A stretch of 64,000 bases of DNA from Gammaproteobacteria bacterium. Its GTDB lineage: Bacteria > Pseudomonadota > Gammaproteobacteria > SZUA-229. A program made the translations under genes and the position numbers. Positions within the stretch are counted from its first letter, which is position 1; the number at the start of each line of letters is the position of its first letter. Below, piece by piece: positions 1-10,877 of this stretch. The notes beneath the pieces were generated by a model. That model saw only the letters and a list, made by a program, of their open reading frames with translations, made no database searches and was not told the DNA's origin. The stretch covers positions 4,652-68,651 of the forward strand of contig JABDRN010000026.1 in the NCBI GenBank assembly GCA_013041745.1. Reading direction: 5' to 3'.

Positions 1-432
1 TTATTTGCGAGACTGCGTAAGAGCGGCCTGGTGAAAGGTGTCCGTGGTCCAGGCGGCGGTTACCGACTAGCACGTCCTGCCTCTGAGATCAGTATCGCTG
101 AGATAATCTGTTCTGTTGATGAGAATGTCGATGTTACCCGATGTAAAGGGCAGGGCAATTGTCAGGATGGCTCGAAATGCCTGACACATGAGCTGTGGAC
201 CAATCTGAGTACTAAGCTTCATGAGTTCTTATCCGGCATAACCCTTGCGCAATTTGTAGAGCGTCCGGGGATTCCTGAACTCTCCCTGCAGCGTGACAAG
301 AAGATCGGTCGTTTCATCCTGGCGAAGAAGCAGGCTGCTGCGATCAATCAGGGCGTCTTCGCTGTCAGCAAGAATATAAACACGAATGAACGGGCCAGTA
401 CCGGCCTGGTTGATAAAGTATCGGTGAGGTAA
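1..432 (+). CDS. iscR: Fe-S cluster assembly transcriptional regulator IscR (Rrf2 family), 5'-truncated by the window edge
   Basis: Frame 1 is open from nt 1. The translation LRKSGLVKGVRGPGGGYRLARP...VDVTRCKGQGNCQDGSKCLTHELW parallels E. coli IscR, including the three-Cys cluster-ligand region. It lies directly upstream of iscU. Confidence 0.85.
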   Translation, partial: LFARLRKSGLVKGVRGPGGGYRLARPASEISIAEIICSVDENVDVTRCKGQGNCQDGSKCLTHELWTNLSTKLHEFLSGITLAQFVERPGIPELSLQRDKKIGRFILAKKQAAAINQGVFAVSKNINTNERASTGLVDKVSVR

Positions 433-435
433 GTT

Positions 436-813
436 ATGGCATACGGTGAAAAAGTTCTGGATCACTATGAGAATCCAAGAAATGTTGGCAGTTTTGAAAA
501 CGACGAAAGTGTTGGAACCGGTATGGTCGGTGCACCTGCCTGTGGCGACGTGATGAGGCTGCAGATAAAGGTAGGGGATAACGGCGTTATCGAAGATGCT
601 GTATTTAAAACATATGGTTGTGGCAGTGCAATCGCATCCAGTTCACTCTTGACCGAGTGGGTCAAAGGCAAAACATTAGATGAAGCAAAAGCGATTAAAA
701 ATACAGATATCGCCGAAGAGCTTGCATTACCACCGGTCAAGATCCATTGCTCCGTTCTAGCGGAAGATGCGATCAACGCAGCGATAGAAGATTATAAAAA
801 GAAAAACGACTGA
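436..813 (+). CDS. iscU: Fe-S cluster assembly scaffold IscU
   Basis: The 125-aa product is almost collinear with E. coli IscU (MAYxEKVxDHYENPRNVGSF, GAPACGDVM, YGCGSAIASSS, LPPVKIHCS). Confidence 0.95.
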   Translation: MAYGEKVLDHYENPRNVGSFENDESVGTGMVGAPACGDVMRLQIKVGDNGVIEDAVFKTYGCGSAIASSSLLTEWVKGKTLDEAKAIKNTDIAEELALPPVKIHCSVLAEDAINAAIEDYKKKND

Positions 814-831
814 TCTGTTCCTGTCGATCTT

Positions 832-863
832 AAAAAAAGCCTGCTCAGCCAGGCTTTTTTTTC
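832..863 (+). terminator. Rho-independent terminator after iscU
   Basis: An AGCCTG-ctcagc-CAGGCT hairpin is flanked by an A-run and followed by a run of nine T, about 20 nt after the iscU stop. Confidence 0.6.
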
Positions 864-1080
864 GCCTTTAATATGGCTGCCTGGTGATATTTGTCCAGCT
901 TGCTTGCATTATTTTGGTGCGAGCTGTGTGTGTCGTGAGATGCACCTCGCATGAATATTGGTAATCAAGATCATTATATCCGTCGCATGATAATTTGCTG
1001 TATGCAGAGCCTGAAGAGCAGGAAAAAGCGATGCTACTCGGGTATAATGTGTCGCTTTATTATTTAATTGAGGATTCCCT

Positions 1081-3636
1081 GTGCTTGAGTCATATCGCCA
1101 ACATGTTGCTGAACGTGAAGCAGAAGGTTTGCCGCCACTAGCGCTAGACGCGAACCAGGTGGCCGAGCTGGTAGAGATCATTAAAGACTGTCCTGCTGGT
1201 GAAGAAGACTTCGTGATCAACCTGCTGGTAAACCGGGTACCGCCGGGTGTCGATCAGGCTGCCTATGTTAAAGCAGCATTCCTGGCCGATGTCGCTAAAG
1301 GTAATACCAAGTGTGATCTGATCGACCCGGTGCGCGCCACAGAGATCCTGGGTACCATGCTGGGTGGATACAATATTCAGCCATTGATCGATCTGCTCGA
1401 TTACGATACTACTGCTGATACAGCAGCTACCGCCTTGTCACACACGCTGCTGGTATATGATGCATTTCATGATGTCGCAGAGAAATCAAAATCTAATGAA
1501 GCGGCGGCGAGGGTCATCCGCTCATGGGCGGATGCTGAATGGTTTACCTCAAAGCCTGAACTGGATAAAGAGATTACGGTCACCGTTTATAAAGTTCCCG
1601 GTGAGACCAATACAGACGACCTGTCACCGGCTACTGAAGCATGGAGCCGGCCGGATATTCCATTACACGCCAAGTCTATGCTGGTCTCTAAAATGGACAA
1701 GCCGATTGAAACCATCACAGAACTGAAGAAGAAAGGCCATCCGATCGCCTACGTCGGCGATGTCGTCGGTACCGGTTCATCACGTAAATCAGCGATCAAT
1801 TCCGTATTGTGGCACATGGGTGCAGAGATCCCCTTCGTACCAAACAAACATGAAGGTGGTGTTGTTTTAGGCGGCAAGATCGCACCGATCTTTTTTAATA
1901 CGGCCGAAGATTCCGGCGCATTGCCTATCGAGTGTGATGTGTCATCGATGGAGACAGGTGATGTTATTACCATACGTCCGTATGAGGGTTTGATCGTTAA
2001 CGAAGCCGGTGATGAGGTATGCAAGTTCTGTCTGACCCCGACGACTATGGCAGATGAAGTCCGTGCAAATGGGCGTATCCCGCTGATTATCGGTCGTGGC
2101 CTGACTGACCGCGCGCGTGAATTTTTAAGTGAAGACCCGTCTGACGTATTCTTAAGACCGCAGCAAGGCCAGGATACCGGTAAAGGATTCACCCAGGCGC
2201 AAAAGATTGTTGGCCGCGCTTGCGGCGTCGAGGGTGTTCGACCGGGAACTTACTGTGAACCCAGGATGACTACGGTCGGTTCACAGGATACCACAGGAGC
2301 GATGACCCGTGATGAGTTAAAAGAACTCGCCTGCCTGGGTTTTTCAGCAGACCTGGTGATGCAGAGTTTCTGTCATACAGCCGCCTATCCGAAGCCGGTC
2401 GATATTAAGCTGCAGCATGAATTGCCTGATTTCATGCAGACACGTGCCGGTGTATCACTGCGGCCGGGTGACGGTATCATCCACTCATGGTTAAACCGCA
2501 TGATCCTGCCCGACACAGTCGGTACCGGTGGAGATTCACATACCCGTTTTCCGATGGGTATCAGCTTTCCAGCAGGTTCAGGCCTGGTCGCATTTGGCGC
2601 CGCACTCGGTGTGATGCCACTGGATATGCCGGAATCGGTACTGGTGCGTTTTAAAGGTGAGATGCAGCCAGGGATCACTCTGCGTGACCTGGTAAACGCT
2701 ATCCCTTACGTGGCGATCCAGAAAGGTCTGTTGACTGTCGAGAAAAAAGGCAAGAAGAATGTGTTTAACGGCCGCGTTCTGGAGATCGAAGGTTTGCCGG
2801 ATCTTAAAGTTGAACAGGCATTCGAGTTATCTGATGCCTCGGCTGAACGTTCAGCAAATGGTTGTACCGTTCAACTGGCTAAAGAGCCGATCATCGAATA
2901 TATCAATTCGAACATCACGCTATTGAAATGGATGATCTCTAACGGTTACCAGGATAAGCGTACCCTGGAACGCAGGATCATCGCCATGGAAGAGTGGTTG
3001 AAGAACCCTGAGCTGATCTCGGCAGATGCAGATGCTGAATATGCAGAGGTTATCGAGATCGACCTGAACGAGATCAAGGAGCCTATCCTGGCGTGTCCAA
3101 ATGATCCGGATGATGTCAAGACTCTATCCGATGTTGCGGGTGTAGACGTCGATGAAGTTTTCATCGGATCCTGCATGACGAATATCGGGCATTATCGCGC
3201 TGCCGGTAAAGTTCTGGAAAGTGTCAGCAGTCTGCCGACGCGTATGTGGATCGTACCGCCGACAAAGATGGATGAGCGTGAACTGATGGAAGAGGGTTTT
3301 TACAATATCTTTGGCCGTGCAGGCGCCCGCACCGAGGTGCCCGGCTGCTCTCTATGTATGGGCAACCAGGCCCGTGTGGCTGATAACGCTACAGTTGTAT
3401 CTACTTCGACACGTAACTTCCCGAACCGTCTGGGTAACGGCGCCAACGTCTATCTCGCTTCAGCAGAGTTGAGTGCCGTGGCAGCTACGCTGGGCCGGAT
3501 CCCTACCATGGAAGAATATCTGGAAGGCGTGAAGGGTATTCAACCGATGTCAGCAGATATCTATCGTTATCTGAATTTCCACCTGTTACCGGAATACCAG
3601 GATGTTGCTAACGAAGTAAAGGTTGAACTGGTCTAG
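1081..3636 (+). CDS. acnB: Aconitate hydratase B / 2-methylisocitrate dehydratase
   Basis: 851 aa with a GTG start 6 nt after GAGGA. It is collinear with E. coli AcnB from [16 protein letters not shown] through [26 protein letters not shown] and [12 protein letters not shown]. Confidence 0.95.
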   Translation: MLESYRQHVAEREAEGLPPLALDANQVAELVEIIKDCPAGEEDFVINLLVNRVPPGVDQAAYVKAAFLADVAKGNTKCDLIDPVRATEILGTMLGGYNIQPLIDLLDYDTTADTAATALSHTLLVYDAFHDVAEKSKSNEAAARVIRSWADAEWFTSKPELDKEITVTVYKVPGETNTDDLSPATEAWSRPDIPLHAKSMLVSKMDKPIETITELKKKGHPIAYVGDVVGTGSSRKSAINSVLWHMGAEIPFVPNKHEGGVVLGGKIAPIFFNTAEDSGALPIECDVSSMETGDVITIRPYEGLIVNEAGDEVCKFCLTPTTMADEVRANGRIPLIIGRGLTDRAREFLSEDPSDVFLRPQQGQDTGKGFTQAQKIVGRACGVEGVRPGTYCEPRMTTVGSQDTTGAMTRDELKELACLGFSADLVMQSFCHTAAYPKPVDIKLQHELPDFMQTRAGVSLRPGDGIIHSWLNRMILPDTVGTGGDSHTRFPMGISFPAGSGLVAFGAALGVMPLDMPESVLVRFKGEMQPGITLRDLVNAIPYVAIQKGLLTVEKKGKKNVFNGRVLEIEGLPDLKVEQAFELSDASAERSANGCTVQLAKEPIIEYINSNITLLKWMISNGYQDKRTLERRIIAMEEWLKNPELISADADAEYAEVIEIDLNEIKEPILACPNDPDDVKTLSDVAGVDVDEVFIGSCMTNIGHYRAAGKVLESVSSLPTRMWIVPPTKMDERELMEEGFYNIFGRAGARTEVPGCSLCMGNQARVADNATVVSTSTRNFPNRLGNGANVYLASAELSAVAATLGRIPTMEEYLEGVKGIQPMSADIYRYLNFHLLPEYQDVANEVKVELV

Positions 3637-3688
3637 TAGAATAAGACTGGTATAGTAATATAATCCGATCATAAACTGAGCTGAAGAC

Positions 3689-4069
3689 ATGTTGAAAACA
3701 CTCATGTTAATTGCTGCCGGCGGTTCACTAGGTGCAGTCATGCGCTTTCTGTCTCAGGCCACAGTGTATGAACTGGTGGGGAAAACTTTTCCATATGGTA
3801 CATTGTTCGTCAATGTGACGGGTTCCTTTTTGATGGGATTATTGTCTATCTTCCTGGTAGAAAAATTTAATTTGAGTGCAGAGTGGCACCTCGCCATACT
3901 GGTCGGCGTGCTCGGCTCATTTACCACGTTCTCCACCTTCTCGCTCGAAACCCTGGTGTTGTTCGAACAGGGTGATATGTTTAAAGCGATGACTAATATC
4001 CTGTTGAGTGTTGTACTCTGTATTACTGCAGTATGGGCAGGTGCCTTTTTTGCAAAACAGCTGGTTTAA
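3689..4069 (+). CDS. crcB: Fluoride ion channel CrcB/FluC
   Basis: 126-aa four-helix membrane protein with CrcB-type motifs (GGSLGAVMRF, FVNVTGSFLMG, GSFTTFSTFS). Confidence 0.85.
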   Translation: MLKTLMLIAAGGSLGAVMRFLSQATVYELVGKTFPYGTLFVNVTGSFLMGLLSIFLVEKFNLSAEWHLAILVGVLGSFTTFSTFSLETLVLFEQGDMFKAMTNILLSVVLCITAVWAGAFFAKQLV

Positions 4070-4086
4070 CCAATAAAGATTTATAG

Positions 4087-5367
<1,281 letters not shown>

Positions 5368-5440
5368 GCCCTGCGCTGTTCATGCTGTAGTACGCTTTCT
5401 AATACTCACAGATGAGTTTTTGTTTTAAGATTAATCATCT

Positions 5441-6946
5441 ATGCAAGATCTCCCTGAAAAACTTTACACGGTCGAATCTGTCGTAAATCTCGAACAGATC
5501 GCTATCAATCAATTTGCCATACCTGGCTATGAGTTGATGAAGCGTGCTGGTAAAGCTGTTTACCAGGTCCTCGAATCAAACTACTCTCGAGGCAAAAAAA
5601 TTCTGGTCTTGTGCGGTGCCGGGAATAATGCCGGTGATGGCTATGTCGTCGCCAGGCTGGCCAGCGAGAACGGCTTTGATGTTCGACTGATCAGCCTGAT
5701 CGATCCGCTAACGTTGAAAGATGAAGCATCACTCGCTTATCAGGACTGGCTTGATGTCGGGCAGGTAAGCAGGCCTGAGCCGGCCTTGATAGAGCAGGCT
5801 GATATCATCGTCGATGCCCTGCTGGGTACTGGCCTGACACGAGATGTCTCAGATGACTGGGCCGAGTGGATCACGGCGGTAAACCTGTCATCCACTCCGG
5901 TGATCGCTGTCGATGTGCCTTCAGGTCTGATCGCGAACACCGGCAGCATCGCCGGTGTTGCCGTAAAGGCCGACACCACGGTGTGTTTTATCGGCCTCAA
6001 GCAAGGTATGTTCACCGCTCAGGCTAACGATCACTGTGGTGAGATCATCTACCATGACCTCGGCTTGCAAAAAGACATATTTGACCAGGTCACAGCAGAT
6101 GCCAGGCTGCTAAATACGGTCGACTATTCTTTACTGCCAAAAAGAAACGCAGCATCAAACAAAGGTAATTTTGGCCATGTCCTGATCGTCGCTGGAAATA
6201 CCGGCATGCCGGGTGCAGCGATCCTGGCGGCAAGAGCAGCGTTACGAACTGGCGCGGGTCTGGTTACGGTGATCACCGTTGCTGATAACCTATCTGCGAT
6301 ATGCTCAGCTGTTCCCGAGGCTATGGTCAAAAGCTGTGATGCTGAATCCATACCAGACGTGGTCACGGAAAAACTGACAGCAAGTATCACGCATATAGCA
6401 ATCGGTATGGGTCTGGCCCAGGATGACTGGTCGTTAGCTCTGTTACGTTATTGTATCGGATTAGACAGGCCGATGTTGCTCGATGCCGATGCATTAAATC
6501 TGATCGCACAACACAGGCTCAGGATAGATTCCCCCATGGTAATAACGCCGCATCCCGGAGAGGCAGCCCGTCTGTTATCTGGCAGCACAACAGTCACCAG
6601 TGCAGACGTTCAGCGAGACAGGTTCACTGCTATCAGACAACTACATGATATGTTTGCTGCTGGCGACGATTGTACGGTTATATTGAAGGGCTCTGGAACG
6701 CTGATCTTTGACGGTGACGCACTAAAGGTGTGTGCACTGGGAAGTGCTGCCATGGCCGCACCGGGTATGGGCGATGTCTTGAGCGGTATCGTTATCGCAC
6801 TGATGGCTCAAGGAATAAAAATCACTGATGCAGCTGAGCTAGCTGTCTGTTTACACGCCTCGGCAGCCGAAATGAAAGCAGCTGACAGAACCCGGGGCCT
6901 GGTTGCTTCGGATATCATCGAAGCCCTGGCGGAGGTTGTACGATGA
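5441..6946 (+). CDS. nnr: Bifunctional NAD(P)H-hydrate repair enzyme Nnr (epimerase/dehydratase, YjeF)
   Basis: 501 aa. It has an N-terminal YjeF_N module (CGAGNNAGDGYV) and a C-terminal carbohydrate-kinase-like dehydratase (GMGDVLSG). It holds the conserved position upstream of tsaE. Confidence 0.9.
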   Translation: MQDLPEKLYTVESVVNLEQIAINQFAIPGYELMKRAGKAVYQVLESNYSRGKKILVLCGAGNNAGDGYVVARLASENGFDVRLISLIDPLTLKDEASLAYQDWLDVGQVSRPEPALIEQADIIVDALLGTGLTRDVSDDWAEWITAVNLSSTPVIAVDVPSGLIANTGSIAGVAVKADTTVCFIGLKQGMFTAQANDHCGEIIYHDLGLQKDIFDQVTADARLLNTVDYSLLPKRNAASNKGNFGHVLIVAGNTGMPGAAILAARAALRTGAGLVTVITVADNLSAICSAVPEAMVKSCDAESIPDVVTEKLTASITHIAIGMGLAQDDWSLALLRYCIGLDRPMLLDADALNLIAQHRLRIDSPMVITPHPGEAARLLSGSTTVTSADVQRDRFTAIRQLHDMFAAGDDCTVILKGSGTLIFDGDALKVCALGSAAMAAPGMGDVLSGIVIALMAQGIKITDAAELAVCLHASAAEMKAADRTRGLVASDIIEALAEVVR

Positions 6947-7440
6947 CAACGTCTTCGAATGAGGCAGCGTTTGCCAGTAAAACCATTTTCCTGGCGGATG
7001 AGGCAGAGCAGCTCGCCCTGGCGGGAGCTGTGGCAAAGCACCTGAAAACATCGTTTGTCATGCTGCTAAAAGGCGACCTGGGCGCAGGCAAGACGACTTT
7101 TGCTAGAGGCTTCATCCAGGCCAGCGGTTTTGACGGCGTGGTCAAAAGCCCGACATATACCTTGGTGGAACCGTATGCCATCAGTAATGACAGGATGTGT
7201 TACCACTTTGATCTCTACCGCCTGGCCGATCCTGAAGAGCTGGAATTTACCGGTGCGCGTGATTATTTCAACGAAAGTGATGTCTGCCTGATCGAATGGC
7301 CGGAAAAAGCCGAAGGATTTTTACCGCCAGCAGACTGGATATGTGAGTTCAGTTACCACGATGGCGGGCGTGATTTAACTATTTTGGCGCTGTCAGATAA
7401 GGGGCGAGAGCTGATGTTACAGGTCTTTTCTTATGGTTGA
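6943..7440 (+). CDS. tsaE: tRNA threonylcarbamoyladenosine (t6A) biosynthesis ATPase TsaE (YjeE)
   Basis: 165 aa with P-loop GDLGAGKTTFARG and the YHFDLYRL motif. Its start overlaps the nnr stop (ATGA). Confidence 0.85.
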   Translation: MTTSSNEAAFASKTIFLADEAEQLALAGAVAKHLKTSFVMLLKGDLGAGKTTFARGFIQASGFDGVVKSPTYTLVEPYAISNDRMCYHFDLYRLADPEELEFTGARDYFNESDVCLIEWPEKAEGFLPPADWICEFSYHDGGRDLTILALSDKGRELMLQVFSYG

Positions 7441-7598
7441 ATCTAGGAAAGTGGCGTATGTCTATAAAAAATAATAAAAAATGCTTGCAATATTTAAATA
7501 TTTTGCCACAATATATTTACCTGAAGCCGATAGCAATTTTACGGTAACTAAAACATAAGGGGCATATTAGTAGAAATCCCGTAACTTATGGATCAATA

Positions 7599-8921
7599 AT
7601 GGTTGAAAGCGATCGCCGAAAATTTCTTAAAAGTTTAGCTGGACTTAGTGGTCTGGCTGCTTCTGCTGTGCCTGGTCTTACATCAGCGAAAACAGCTGCG
7701 GGCGTGCAGGTCAAAGATATCAGGCTTTCCAAGAACAAGAATTATGTTCGACTGGTGTTTGACCTGGATAAAATTGCAGATCATTCCCTTTTCGCACTAC
7801 AGGGCCCGGACAGGGTCGTGCTGGATGTAAAGAATGCCAAGATGCCGCATGGTATGGTCGATCGGGTTCAGGCAAACTCCCTGATACGAAGCATACGAAG
7901 CGGTGTCAGGAATGATAAGGACCTGCGAGTGGTGTTCGACCTCAGTGAAGAAGTGTCTCCACGCAGTTTTCTGCTGGCACCTTCAGGTAAGTCGGGGCAT
8001 CGTCTGGTCATCGACCTGCATGGTAAAAAAGATAAAACAAAAGCCGCTAAAAAGAAGAGTAAGCGTGATGTGATCATCGCTATCGATGCTGGTCATGGCG
8101 GTAAAGATCCGGGGGCCACTGGTCGCTCGGGTACGCATGAAAAGATCGTTACACTGCAGATCGCCAAACGCCTGGAAAAAGATATCAATGCTCAGCGTGG
8201 TATGAAAGCGGTACTGGTGAGAAAGAACGACCGCTATATGAGACTACGCGATCGAATACATAAAGCTCGTGACCATCATGCTGATATGATGATCTCACTG
8301 CATGCCGATTCATTCCCCGATCCACGCGCGCGCGGTTCCTCGATCTATGCACTCTCGGTTGATGGCGCCACTTCTGAAACGGCTAGAATGCTGGCGGAAA
8401 AAGAAAATGCGGCAGATATATTATTCGGTGATGTCGATCTTGCCGTCGAAGATCAGATGGTGAAAGAAGTCCTGTTTGACCTCTCTCTCACCGGAACCAT
8501 CGAATCGAGCCTCGATATCGGTAGTGAGATACTCGGGCAGTTAAAGACAGTAAACCGCGTACACAAGAAAAAGGTACAACAGGCAGGTTTTGCTGTATTG
8601 AAGGCACCAAATATTCCTTCCGTTCTGCTGGAAACGGCCTTTATATCAAATCCCAGGGAAGAGAAGAATCTACGGAGCGCTGCGCATCAGAAGAAAATAT
8701 CAAAAGCGATCACACGCGGAGTAAATAAGTATTTTTCACGCAAAGCACCGCCAGGAACCTGGCTGGCATCTTCCGAGTGTGAATACGCAGTTTGCCAAGG
8801 TGACAATGTGGCAAAGATTGCCGATAAGTATGATGTCAATGAATCAGATTTGCGTGCACGCAACAGCTTGTATGCTGATAACCTGCTAGCAGGACAGGTG
8901 ATTAAAATTCCAGTGAGTTAG
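7599..8921 (+). CDS. amiB: N-acetylmuramoyl-L-alanine amidase (AmiB/AmiC type) with Tat signal and C-terminal LysM
   Basis: 440 aa. It has a twin-arginine signal (RRKFLKSLAG), an AMIN-like N domain, an Amidase_3 core (IAIDAGHGGKDPGA, SLHADS, LLETAFISN) and a LysM-like tail. It sits in the tsaE-amiB-mutL syntenic position. Confidence 0.88.
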   Translation: MVESDRRKFLKSLAGLSGLAASAVPGLTSAKTAAGVQVKDIRLSKNKNYVRLVFDLDKIADHSLFALQGPDRVVLDVKNAKMPHGMVDRVQANSLIRSIRSGVRNDKDLRVVFDLSEEVSPRSFLLAPSGKSGHRLVIDLHGKKDKTKAAKKKSKRDVIIAIDAGHGGKDPGATGRSGTHEKIVTLQIAKRLEKDINAQRGMKAVLVRKNDRYMRLRDRIHKARDHHADMMISLHADSFPDPRARGSSIYALSVDGATSETARMLAEKENAADILFGDVDLAVEDQMVKEVLFDLSLTGTIESSLDIGSEILGQLKTVNRVHKKKVQQAGFAVLKAPNIPSVLLETAFISNPREEKNLRSAAHQKKISKAITRGVNKYFSRKAPPGTWLASSECEYAVCQGDNVAKIADKYDVNESDLRARNSLYADNLLAGQVIKIPVS

Positions 8922-8967
8922 ATATATAAAAATAATAACAACAAAACAATTCACGGAAATACTGCTA

Positions 8968-8994
8968 ATGACCCTTCTCAGGGTCATTTTTTTT
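8968..8994 (+). terminator. Rho-independent terminator after amiB
   Basis: An ATGACCC-ttctca-GGGTCAT hairpin is followed by a run of eight T. Confidence 0.6.
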
Positions 8995-9327
8995 CAATAA
9001 AGAAATATAACTGCTAAATCAATGATATAGGCGATAAATCAGTCGGTTATGCTAGCTATACTCGGCTGTCTATTAAAAAAATAATGATGCCATATCAGCA
9101 TTCCGGCAGATGTGATTGTGTGACAGATATCACAGTTTTATTCATTAATCTAAATGCTTTTCTGCTTTACCTGTTGAGTTATCAACACGCTGAAAACTAA
9201 TCTACCGGCAATAGTAAAAATGAGTGGTCATTTTTCAAGGTTAAGTGGCTGATTTCCCGAAATAGTATCAGTGTGTTTGATCTGAAATGTGATGTCCCCG
9301 GCATGATTCGATGGCGTCGTTAAAGAG

Positions 9328-9386
9328 ATGTCAATAAACCGACAAAATTGTCACTTATTGACATCAAAACTAATCAAAATAATTAT
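9328..9386 (+). promoter_or_regulatory. Candidate sigma70 promoter (TTGACA-17 nt-AATTAT) overlapped by a nested palindromic operator
   Basis: The nested palindrome ATGTCAATAA-acc-GACAA-aa-TTGTC-ac-TTATTGACAT spans 9328-9364. Its right arm contains a perfect TTGACA at 9358-9363. A -10-like AATTAT lies at 9381-9386 after 17 nt. The site is about 275 nt upstream of the first island ORF. Confidence 0.35.
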
Positions 9387-9578
9387 TGTTTTTTCTTTGA
9401 TATTCACGGACTTAGCGTCTATTTTATAAGTATTATAAAAATAAAAAATAACCATAAAAAGATCCTGAATACAAATCACTGTTGCTGCTTTATTTCACAT
9501 CATAAACAGAAACACCAAATGCGATAAAAAAGAACTTCGTTGATCGATTTATTTTCAGCGTAAACGATTCTTTGACGA

Positions 9579-10868
9579 TTGTATTTTTTAGGTGGGCTAA
9601 ATAACTTGTACCTCTACAACCACAACTTTAGAAAAGAAATTATTAATATTTTTACGATATTGATAATCTCTGCGATTGATAAAAGAGTTGTCGAAAACAT
9701 AAGCAGAAAAAAATCTGTACTTGAAGCCGGTGTCTTACTGGTATTTTTCCTGCTGATATTTTCTGTTACAGAAAAGCTGCATGCAGCAGCTGGTGATTCG
9801 ATAAGTAATACCGCAACCATCAATTATGATATTGCCGGCGTTCCAGCTTCAGATAGTGCTTCGGCTTCATTCCTCGAAGACCGCGTTATAAATTTCTCAG
9901 TCATCGAATCAGATGGCGGATCTGCAGTGCCCGTCGTTAGTGACATGGCCGATGCTGTATTGCAATTTACTGTTACCAATCTTGGTAATGCCAGTCAGGA
10001 TTTCCTGTTAACGGCTGTAAATACATCTCCCAATCCATTCGGTTCACCGGTAGACAACTTCGATCCCTTAGCGGGAACCATCCAGGTCTTTGTCGAGAGT
10101 GGTGTCACGCCAGGTTACCAGGCTGCTGAAGATACAGCTGTATTTGTCGATGAGGTGATATCAAATACTTCTCGCATCGTATATGTAGTCGCCGATATGC
10201 CGACGCAGGCAATCGATGATGTCTCGGCAATCGCCCTGATCGCTCAGGTTGCAGAAGGTGGTGCGGCTGCGCTTGAGGGTAACCCTGTGAATGCAGATGA
10301 TAATGGAAACATCAGCCCCGCCGGTATTTTCAGTAATGGCACTACGAACATGCCAGCCGGTATCGCAAACACCATTCCAGATTCGATCAGTACGATGGAG
10401 ACCGTGTTCAACGATCCTGCTGGTCTGAATGTTGAAGATGTCAGTACAGATCTGAATCAGGATGTGGCCAGTAATGGTCAGCATTCAGATGCTGGTGCAT
10501 ACCAGGTGATGTCACCGGTAAGCATCGTCAAGACGGTAACGGTACTCGATACGCTGGGCGGTACTGATCCGCACCCGGGCTCGACCTTACGTTATCAGCT
10601 CGATGTGACCGTCTCTGGCAACACCGCGGTAGATAACCTGGTGATCTCTGACGCTATTCCGGCGAATACGACATACACCGATAATTCTATCCTGTTGAAT
10701 ACCATTGCTCAGACAGACGCAGATGACGCTCCGATAGATTACTCGCAGGCTATAGACATCCTTAGCAAGCCTGTGATTTCGATCGAGGTGGATCTGAGCC
10801 AGGGAGGTACTGTATCGGTCGCACCGGGTGTAACAAACGTAATAATTTTTGAAGTAACTATTGATTGA
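9579..10868 (+). CDS. Secreted DUF11/CnaB-like repeat protein, paralogue 1 (candidate fibre subunit); function unknown
   Basis: Long ORF. A signal-peptide-like segment KKSVLEAGVLLVFFLLIFSVTEKLHA precedes AAAGDSISNTATINYD. The C-terminal module (IVKTVTVLD...LRYQLDVTVSGNTAVDNLVISDAIPANTTYT...VIIFEVTID) looks like a DUF11 conserved-repeat Ig fold. There is no in-frame ATG upstream of the signal peptide. The track start is TTG 9579, and TTG 9660 is an equally plausible start. Confidence 0.7.
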   Translation: MYFLGGLNNLYLYNHNFRKEIINIFTILIISAIDKRVVENISRKKSVLEAGVLLVFFLLIFSVTEKLHAAAGDSISNTATINYDIAGVPASDSASASFLEDRVINFSVIESDGGSAVPVVSDMADAVLQFTVTNLGNASQDFLLTAVNTSPNPFGSPVDNFDPLAGTIQVFVESGVTPGYQAAEDTAVFVDEVISNTSRIVYVVADMPTQAIDDVSAIALIAQVAEGGAAALEGNPVNADDNGNISPAGIFSNGTTNMPAGIANTIPDSISTMETVFNDPAGLNVEDVSTDLNQDVASNGQHSDAGAYQVMSPVSIVKTVTVLDTLGGTDPHPGSTLRYQLDVTVSGNTAVDNLVISDAIPANTTYTDNSILLNTIAQTDADDAPIDYSQAIDILSKPVISIEVDLSQGGTVSVAPGVTNVIIFEVTID

Positions 10869-10877
10869 GGACTAAAA

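Noticed and set aside
3637-3688. Fluoride (crcB-motif) riboswitch upstream of crcB.
   Set aside because: The spacer is only 52 nt and lacks the conserved GGCGATG...CTGATGA-type core.
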